64,000 nucleotides of DNA, from NCBI GenBank assembly GCA_965206595.1, contig OZ242214.1:736001-800000 (forward strand), given 5' to 3'. Within the stretch, counting starts at the first letter, position 1; each line of letters begins with the position of its first letter. This stretch comes from Candidatus Latescibacterota bacterium. Lineage in GTDB: Bacteria > Latescibacterota > UBA2968 > UBA8231. Shown piece by piece: positions 58,286 to 64,000 of this stretch. The translations under genes and the position numbers were made by a program. The notes beneath the pieces are model-generated. The model did no database searches. It saw only the letters and a program-made list of their open reading frames with translations, and had not been told where the DNA came from.

Positions 58286-60478
58286 TCAGGGGCCGAAGCG
58301 CCTGAGCACTCCATCCCAGGTGACCACGACGATTCCGTCTTCGAGCGGGACAGGCGCTGCCGTTATCGGCGACGCGAGCTGCGTCGTCCCTTCGCAGTCG
58401 CCGGAATCGGCGTTCAACTGGTACATCACCCCGTCGACACCGCAGGCGACCACCCGCCCGCCGTAGAGGACGGGCGGTGCCAGAACCGTGCAGGCGTCCC
58501 GGCGGTGGGGTGCCATGTCGAGCATGGCGCCGCCTGTCCGGAACTCCCACTTCACCTCGCCGGTGGCGAGATCGCAGGCGATCACCTTGCCGTCCCCGCT
58601 GCCCGCATACAGGCGCCCGCCCTCGACGGTGAGCCCGGTGACGCAGTTGCCCGCTGCGGCACTTTCATCCAGCACCCGCTCGTCGAACACGACATCGCCA
58701 TCCAGGGCCCGAACTGCGAGGAGATGGTTCGGCTCGCCACCGCTCACCACCGTGTCTCCCACCAGGATCGGCGAAGCCCACCAGTCCTGGCTGTCGGGGA
58801 GCGCGTGCTCCCAGACGATTCGCCCGCTTTTTCGATCGAGGGCCGTCAGGGCCCGGCGCGGAACCAGGCTGATCAGAAGCTCGCCGTAGAGGATCGGGGT
58901 GAACCATGCCCCCCACTTGTCGCCCGTCGGATCGGCGATGAGATCGAGGGTGCCGCTGAAGCGCCTGAACCACAGCGGCTTCCCCGTGCGAGCATCGTGG
59001 GCGCCGTACCCGGACTTGGCCCCGGCGTAGGCGACGCCGTCGGCGACAGCGGGAGTACCGGCCATCCAGCGCTCCGGAAAGCCGGGCGTGTCCGCGTGCC
59101 AGAGGAGTTTGCCCGTCGCCGCGTCGAGGCCCGACAGCCGGCCGCAGTTCGACATGGCGAACAACGCCCCATCCGCGACGGCGACGCTGTTGCGGATCGC
59201 CGAATCGGTGCGGCAGTGCCAGACGATCGAACCGTCGTCGAGATCGACGCGGCAGACACCGCTCTCCCTGCCGTCGTCGTCGTCCTGCAGGCTCACTATG
59301 AGGCCGCCTTGGCAAAGGACCGGTGCGGCCCGATGGACGAGCGCCGGCAGACGGGTTTCCCAGATCGGGCGTAGTCCGCTTTCCCCCCGTCCGGCTGTCG
59401 CAACGCTCGCGGGCGGCGCCTCCTGCGAGCGCCCCTTCGAGCGCCCTCCGGCAGCGCGCAGCTCCATGTCGAACCTGCCGCCGTCGAAATGCAGGGCCCG
59501 GAAGCCGCGCGGATCGGTGCTGCTGCCCCCCCAGCACAGGGGCGGTGTCGAAGCGATCACGACGTCGCGATGACGGAATACCCTGCTCGTGTGGGTGTGG
59601 CCGTGGAGGACCAGCCGAACGTCGTACTTCGCCAGCCGCTCCAGCAGATCCATCCGCGGCGGCATGTGCACCCCCACGACGATCGGTCTGCCGGCCGGCT
59701 GCATCGCCAGGTCCGCCTCGAGCCAGCGCTCCTTGCGCAGCTGGTCGTAGACGGAGAACTCGTACTCCTCGTTGGGATACAGGACGAAATGCCAGCTGCC
59801 GTAGTCGAAGCTGTAGTGGGTGGGACCTAGTATCCTCTCGAAATGCCCCGTCAGGGTCACACCCGCGTTGGTGTCGTCGAGCCAGTCGCGGACTTCGCTG
59901 TCGTCGTCCACCCGCTTTCCCGGCGTCCGCGCCTGCAGGACGTTGGCGTCGTGGCCGCCGAAGCCGAGGTGCATCGGCGTGGCGACCGCCTCGGCGACCG
60001 CGCGGAATGCCTCGAGTTCTGCGATCGAGCCGACGTTCGTCAGGTCCCCGGTGGCGAGCATGAATGCCGGCGACAACACCTGCTCCACCTCTGCGATATC
60101 TCCGGCGAGGAGCTCCGGCGACGCCAGATTGTCACCCGGCCGGCGATGGCGCCCGTCCTCCCCGGTGACGAGATGGAGATCCGTTATGTGGGCTGCCGCG
60201 AAGCGGCCGGAGGGCTCGCCTAGCGGGGTGAGCTCGAAATGGAACGTCCCGTTCTCCACCCGGCGGATTCTTCGAAAATGAGAATCCGTCGGTCGGAAGC
60301 CTTCCGGGCAGGTGACCGTCAGAAAGCGGTGGATCCCCGGTTGGGCCTCGATCTCGTACGCCCCGGCGGCATCGGTGCGCTCGATGAGCTCGCCGTTCGA
60401 TACGGCCACTCCCTCGACCCCCCTCCCTGCCGGATCGACGACGGTCCCGCCCAGGTAGATGATGTTTTGAGAGATCAA
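58286..60478 (-). CDS. Calcineurin-like metallophosphoesterase with C-terminal PQQ/BamB-like propeller
   Basis: GVAVSNG, HITDLH, TGDLT, GGHD, HGHTH; repeated DAxTGxxxW. Confidence 0.85.
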   Translation of the reverse strand: MISQNIIYLGGTVVDPAGRGVEGVAVSNGELIERTDAAGAYEIEAQPGIHRFLTVTCPEGFRPTDSHFRRIRRVENGTFHFELTPLGEPSGRFAAAHITDLHLVTGEDGRHRRPGDNLASPELLAGDIAEVEQVLSPAFMLATGDLTNVGSIAELEAFRAVAEAVATPMHLGFGGHDANVLQARTPGKRVDDDSEVRDWLDDTNAGVTLTGHFERILGPTHYSFDYGSWHFVLYPNEEYEFSVYDQLRKERWLEADLAMQPAGRPIVVGVHMPPRMDLLERLAKYDVRLVLHGHTHTSRVFRHRDVVIASTPPLCWGGSSTDPRGFRALHFDGGRFDMELRAAGGRSKGRSQEAPPASVATAGRGESGLRPIWETRLPALVHRAAPVLCQGGLIVSLQDDDDGRESGVCRVDLDDGSIVWHCRTDSAIRNSVAVADGALFAMSNCGRLSGLDAATGKLLWHADTPGFPERWMAGTPAVADGVAYAGAKSGYGAHDARTGKPLWFRRFSGTLDLIADPTGDKWGAWFTPILYGELLISLVPRRALTALDRKSGRIVWEHALPDSQDWWASPILVGDTVVSGGEPNHLLAVRALDGDVVFDERVLDESAAAGNCVTGLTVEGGRLYAGSGDGKVIACDLATGEVKWEFRTGGAMLDMAPHRRDACTVLAPPVLYGGRVVACGVDGVMYQLNADSGDCEGTTQLASPITAAPVPLEDGIVVVTWDGVLRRFGP

Positions 60479-60512
60479 GGGATCAGTCCTGCTCGCGCGG
60501 ATACTGGCGCAG

Positions 60513-61424
60513 CTATAAGAAGAACGGATTCGTCCAGGCCCGGCGCCCGTGCTCGTCGCGCACGGTCACCCGCATCCACGGGCTCGGCCAGTTCCGCGTC
60601 AGGCGGGCTTTGGTGATGCCGTCGCCCTCCTGGCTCTTCGACTCGCCGTCCTTGCCGACCATCATGATGCGCGACACGGGTGAGCAGCGGACCTCCACCG
60701 TGTCGGGCGGGTGGATGGCGACGTCTTCGATGGTGGGACCGCAGCTGGCGTAGTAGCGCCCCGCCTTCAGCGCCGCCATCAGCGATGCGGGCGACAGCTC
60801 CTCGCTCTTGACCCACACCCACCCCAGGCCGAAGTCGTGACGGAAGGACTCGAAATGGGCGTCGTCGGCAGCGGTGATGAGGTAATGCTCGTCCCGTTGC
60901 AGGAGCAGGTCCGCCACGTACCAGCTGTGTCCCTTGTCGACGCCGTCGGCGACGCCGTTGAAGATTTCGATCGCGTGGATCGGCCCCAGGCTGAGAATCT
61001 GCTCCGGTGTCAGGAAGGAGTGGTGCGGATGGACGGCGACGACGAAAGCGCCGGCCTCGAGGGCCCTGGCCGCGATCCCGGGTCCCGATTCGCCCTCGCT
61101 CCACGGCTCGAAATCGAGCGGCAGGTCGATGGCGCCGACATCCCACTTCATCGCCGAGCCGGGAATCGGCGCGTGCAGCTCGGCGCCGATGAGGGTCGTG
61201 AATCCGTCCGTGCGGAAGGGTCTCGTGTCGACAATGGGGTAGCCGAACTGCTCGAGGAAGTGATCGGTTATAGCCACGAAGTGATAGCCGGCCTCCCGGT
61301 AGCGGCGGCACACCTCCCCGGGGGGCAGGGTGCCGTCCGAGCAGGTGGAATGCGTGTGGATATTCCCCTTCCGGAACTTCCCCGGCTTGTCGAACGGAAG
61401 TCGATGCATGCCTTTTCCCTGCAT
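60513..61424 (-). CDS. PHP-domain (CehA/McbA-like) metallohydrolase
   Basis: GNIHTHSTCSDG, AITDH, GAELH, HP, EIFN, DDAH. Confidence 0.88.
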   Translation of the reverse strand: MQGKGMHRLPFDKPGKFRKGNIHTHSTCSDGTLPPGEVCRRYREAGYHFVAITDHFLEQFGYPIVDTRPFRTDGFTTLIGAELHAPIPGSAMKWDVGAIDLPLDFEPWSEGESGPGIAARALEAGAFVVAVHPHHSFLTPEQILSLGPIHAIEIFNGVADGVDKGHSWYVADLLLQRDEHYLITAADDAHFESFRHDFGLGWVWVKSEELSPASLMAALKAGRYYASCGPTIEDVAIHPPDTVEVRCSPVSRIMMVGKDGESKSQEGDGITKARLTRNWPSPWMRVTVRDEHGRRAWTNPFFL

Positions 61425-61445
61425 CTGTCACGGGCTCTTGCGAGC

Positions 61446-61525
61446 AAGTGAGGTCAGGCGGCGAACTCGAGCTGTGGCGGGGGCCGCTCCGGTGCAATGG
61501 CGGATGGGGCGGGAGGCAGTCCTCC
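61446..61525 (-). repeat. Repeat copy 2, probable IS91-family transposase 3' end
   Basis: Encodes GLPPAPSAIAPERPPPQLEFAA*. Confidence 0.65.
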
Positions 61526-61529
61526 CCCA

Positions 61530-61931
61530 TCACTCCGCCACGTGACTCAGGACGAGATCTCGCAAAGTCACCATGCCGAGGGGGTGGCGCTCGTAGTCGA
61601 CGACCACGGCGCGGGAGATTTCAAAGCGCACGAGCAGGCGCACGGCGTAGCGGGCGAGCATGGCCGACGGCAGGGTCCACACCGGTTTCGACATGATTTC
61701 GTACACGTTGACGCGGTCGGGCGGGCGGTTCTTGGCGATCACCTCGCGGGCGATGTCCGCGACCACGAGCAGGCCGAACTCGTCGTCGTCGTCGCGCCGG
61801 TCGACGGCGAGGGAACTGACCTCGTGCTGCTTCATGAGGGCCATGGCCTCGGCCACGGTAGCAAGCCTGTCTATGGTGTAGAGCTTGGAGCCCATGACGT
61901 CTCCGACCCGGATGATGCGTTTCTCGCTCAT
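61530..61931 (-). CDS. Stand-alone CBS-pair protein
   Basis: VGDVM, ATVAEA, EIMSKPV, GMVTLRD. Confidence 0.9.
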   Translation of the reverse strand: MSEKRIIRVGDVMGSKLYTIDRLATVAEAMALMKQHEVSSLAVDRRDDDDEFGLLVVADIAREVIAKNRPPDRVNVYEIMSKPVWTLPSAMLARYAVRLLVRFEISRAVVVDYERHPLGMVTLRDLVLSHVAE

Positions 61932-62278
61932 AATTCGTCATCCACCTCTTCGAGAATGGTGGGGAGTTGGGTGGTGAGACCGACGGCGTCCTCGATCGGG
62001 ACCTGAAATGCAATGCCGGCGCCGGGTTCCTGCTCGAAGCGCCCGGCATCGCGGATGCGCTCCAGAATGTCCCGCGCCCGGTTCTCGACCACCAGGAAAA
62101 GGACGACATCGCGCCGGGCCGCCAGGTCGAGACCGAAAAAGGTCTTCTGCGGCTTCAGGCCTTCGCCGCGCACTCCGGTAAAAATCGTCGCGCCGGTCGC
62201 CCCGCCGGCGCGGGCGGCATCGACCACGGTATCGGTCTTGTCGTCGCTGACCAGGGCGACGATCAGTTTCAGTTGCAT
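61928..62278 (-). CDS. P-II-like signalling protein
   Basis: KLIVALV, AGGATGATI, RGEG, GIAFQVPIEDAVGL. Confidence 0.88.
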   Translation of the reverse strand: MQLKLIVALVSDDKTDTVVDAARAGGATGATIFTGVRGEGLKPQKTFFGLDLAARRDVVLFLVVENRARDILERIRDAGRFEQEPGAGIAFQVPIEDAVGLTTQLPTILEEVDDEL

Positions 62279-62281
62279 GGC

Positions 62282-63067
62282 TCAACTCTCCTGGGATTGT
62301 TTGGCGTTCCGCCGGCGTCCCACCCAGGACACGGCCATAGCATAGCCCAGCACGGACATGATGGGAAAGACGCTGGCGAAGGCGATGAGGCCGAATCCGT
62401 CGATCAGCGGGCTGCGCCCGGGGACGGTTGCGGCGAGCCCCAGGCCCAGCGCCGCGACCACTGGCACCGTGACGGTCGACGTGGTGACGCCGCCGCTGTC
62501 GTAGGCGAGCGGCACGATGGTCCGGCTCGACCGGAAGGTCTGGGCGATCACCACGAAATATGCGGCGATGATGTACCAGGGCAGGGGCGTGCCGGTGACG
62601 ATGCGGAAGCAGCCCAGCGCCACACCCGCGGCCACCCCGAGCGCCACGGCGATTCTGAGGCCCCAGGCGTGGATCGAGCCGCCCGAGATCTCCTCGGCCT
62701 TGAGCGCGACCGCGATGAGCGAGGGCTCGGCCACTGTCGTCGCAAAGCCGATCGCCGCGGCAAAGGCGTAGACCAGCAGGTAGTCGTACCAGTCGACGCC
62801 GTCGGCCAGGCTCGCCTTGCCGATGGTCTCGGGGGCGGTGAGCTGCCGCGCCATGGTCTCGCCGATCGGGAAGAGGGCCTCCTCCAGGCCGATGAGGAAG
62901 AGCGTGAGTCCCAACAGGACGAAGACAAACCCGGCCGCGATCCTGCCCAGGTGCGGCAGGCTGCGGCGCAGCACCGCAACCTGGAACAGAACGAGGATGC
63001 CGATAATGGGCGCCACATCGAGCGCGGTGGAAACCCCGGTGACGGCAACGGTGCGCAGAAACTCCAC
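62282..63067 (-). CDS. DUF1538 membrane protein
   Basis: [30 protein letters not shown]. Confidence 0.9.
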   Translation of the reverse strand: MEFLRTVAVTGVSTALDVAPIIGILVLFQVAVLRRSLPHLGRIAAGFVFVLLGLTLFLIGLEEALFPIGETMARQLTAPETIGKASLADGVDWYDYLLVYAFAAAIGFATTVAEPSLIAVALKAEEISGGSIHAWGLRIAVALGVAAGVALGCFRIVTGTPLPWYIIAAYFVVIAQTFRSSRTIVPLAYDSGGVTTSTVTVPVVAALGLGLAATVPGRSPLIDGFGLIAFASVFPIMSVLGYAMAVSWVGRRRNAKQSQES

Positions 63068-63068
63068 C

Positions 63069-63803
63069 TCAGATCACCATGCCATACAGAAGGACAAAGA
63101 TCATGGGCGTCAGGCTGGCGAAGGCGATGAGCCCGAAGCCGTCGACCATCGGGTTGCGCCCCCGGATCGAGGTGGCGAGCCCGACACCCAACGCGGTGAC
63201 GAGCGGCACCGTGATCGTGCTGGTGGTGACGCCGCCGGAATCGTAGGCAACCCCGATGATTTCCGCGGGCGCGAACGCGGTCAACGCGGTCACCAGCACA
63301 TAGCCCCCGATGATGAGCCGGTGGAGCGGCCAGCCCTTGAGGATGCGCAGCACCCCGAGCACGATCGCCGCGCCGACCGAGACCGCCACCACCATGCGCA
63401 ACTGAAAGGCGTACGCGGAACGCGCCTCGTCGCCGGCGGCGATGGCGCCGGCTTCCGCGGCGACCTCGGCCGCCTCCGCGGCAACGGCGATCAGGGCCGG
63501 CTCCGCGACCGTGGTGCCGAAACCCAGGCAGAAGGCAAAGGCCAACAGCGCCGCCGCGCTCCCCTTGCGCGCGAAGGCCTGCGCGATAGCCTCGCCGAGG
63601 GGAAACAGACCGCTTTCGAGTCCCTGGATGAAGAGCGTCAGGCCGGCGATCACGCAGAACAGGCCAACGGCAACGCGCCCGAGATTCGGAAAGGGCTGCT
63701 GCAACACCGCGATCTGGAAGAACGCGATGACGAGGATGATGGGCGCCAGATCGCGCAGCGCTTCGACGATCCGCCGCAATATCGCGCCCAGGGTTCTGGT
63801 CAC
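63069..63803 (-). CDS. DUF1538 membrane protein
   Basis: [32 protein letters not shown]; GTG start at 63803. Confidence 0.9.
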   Translation of the reverse strand: MTRTLGAILRRIVEALRDLAPIILVIAFFQIAVLQQPFPNLGRVAVGLFCVIAGLTLFIQGLESGLFPLGEAIAQAFARKGSAAALLAFAFCLGFGTTVAEPALIAVAAEAAEVAAEAGAIAAGDEARSAYAFQLRMVVAVSVGAAIVLGVLRILKGWPLHRLIIGGYVLVTALTAFAPAEIIGVAYDSGGVTTSTITVPLVTALGVGLATSIRGRNPMVDGFGLIAFASLTPMIFVLLYGMVI

Positions 63804-63834
63804 GGTTGCTCTCTGGAGTCCTAAAAAGGCCTTC

Positions 63835-64000
63835 TTATAAGAAGCGATGCTGAGCTTCCCACTCTTCCCACGTCGGCTTGCGGCCTTCGGTGAGCACGAC
63901 AAGCGGCACCCTGCCGCCCGCCAAAGATTTGTTTTTCACGAATTCGGCAGCTTCGCGCTCCACCGCAGTCAAGTCAGCCCGGTCAGGCGTGGGAAAGTAA
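63835..64000 (-). CDS. 3' end of an unidentified gene entering from the right edge
   Basis: Open frame [10 protein letters not shown]...[14 protein letters not shown]. Confidence 0.55.
   Translation of the reverse strand, partial: YFPTPDRADLTAVEREAAEFVKNKSLAGGRVPLVVLTEGRKPTWEEWEAQHRFL

Noticed and set aside
61446-61503. Cobalamin riboswitch, suggested by CCCCGCCAC on the minus strand
   Set aside because: No AGGGAA or B12 box in the right arrangement; better explained as a transposase tail.

Overview
GC-rich bacterial window. Its eukaryote-like repeat proteins, PNPFNPST/FlgD-type domains, several PhyH dioxygenases and GHL10/GH36 enzymes suggest an FCB-group organism, probably a Latescibacterota/Gemmatimonadota-like sponge-type symbiont (inference, not tested). 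Left to right: a putative defence cassette (Schlafen/AlbA_2 gene, coupled partner, PLD-nuclease/P-loop ATPase); a ~20 kb minus-strand run from selA through a lipoprotein, an intact 4134-aa mosaic surface protein (FlgD-like domain nested in a prealbumin-like domain, dockerin, 3 YWTD propellers, cadherin/FN3, ~15 LRRs, M8 metalloprotease), a second lipoprotein, a deleted DUF5916 gene and a TPR protein to a CRTAC1/ASPIC-UnbV protein; a 7xLysM amidase; metabolic genes including an unannotated exported UGYC selenoprotein with a SECIS-like hairpin; a low-GC two-gene islet; TA remnants; a second giant surface-protein gene (M6 protease tail, cadherin/FN3/Calx-like domains, C-terminal FlgD-like domain) broken by IS256, IS630 and two frameshifts; IS1595 and IS91 remnants; an ECF sigma/anti-sigma pair with two matching divergent promoters; catabolic genes; and a DUF1538-DUF1538-PII-CBS operon. 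Many genes show internal deletions, short tandem duplications or 1-bp indels, and some indels may be sequencing errors. No rRNA, tRNA or CRISPR array was seen. All family assignments come from motif recognition by eye, not database searches.
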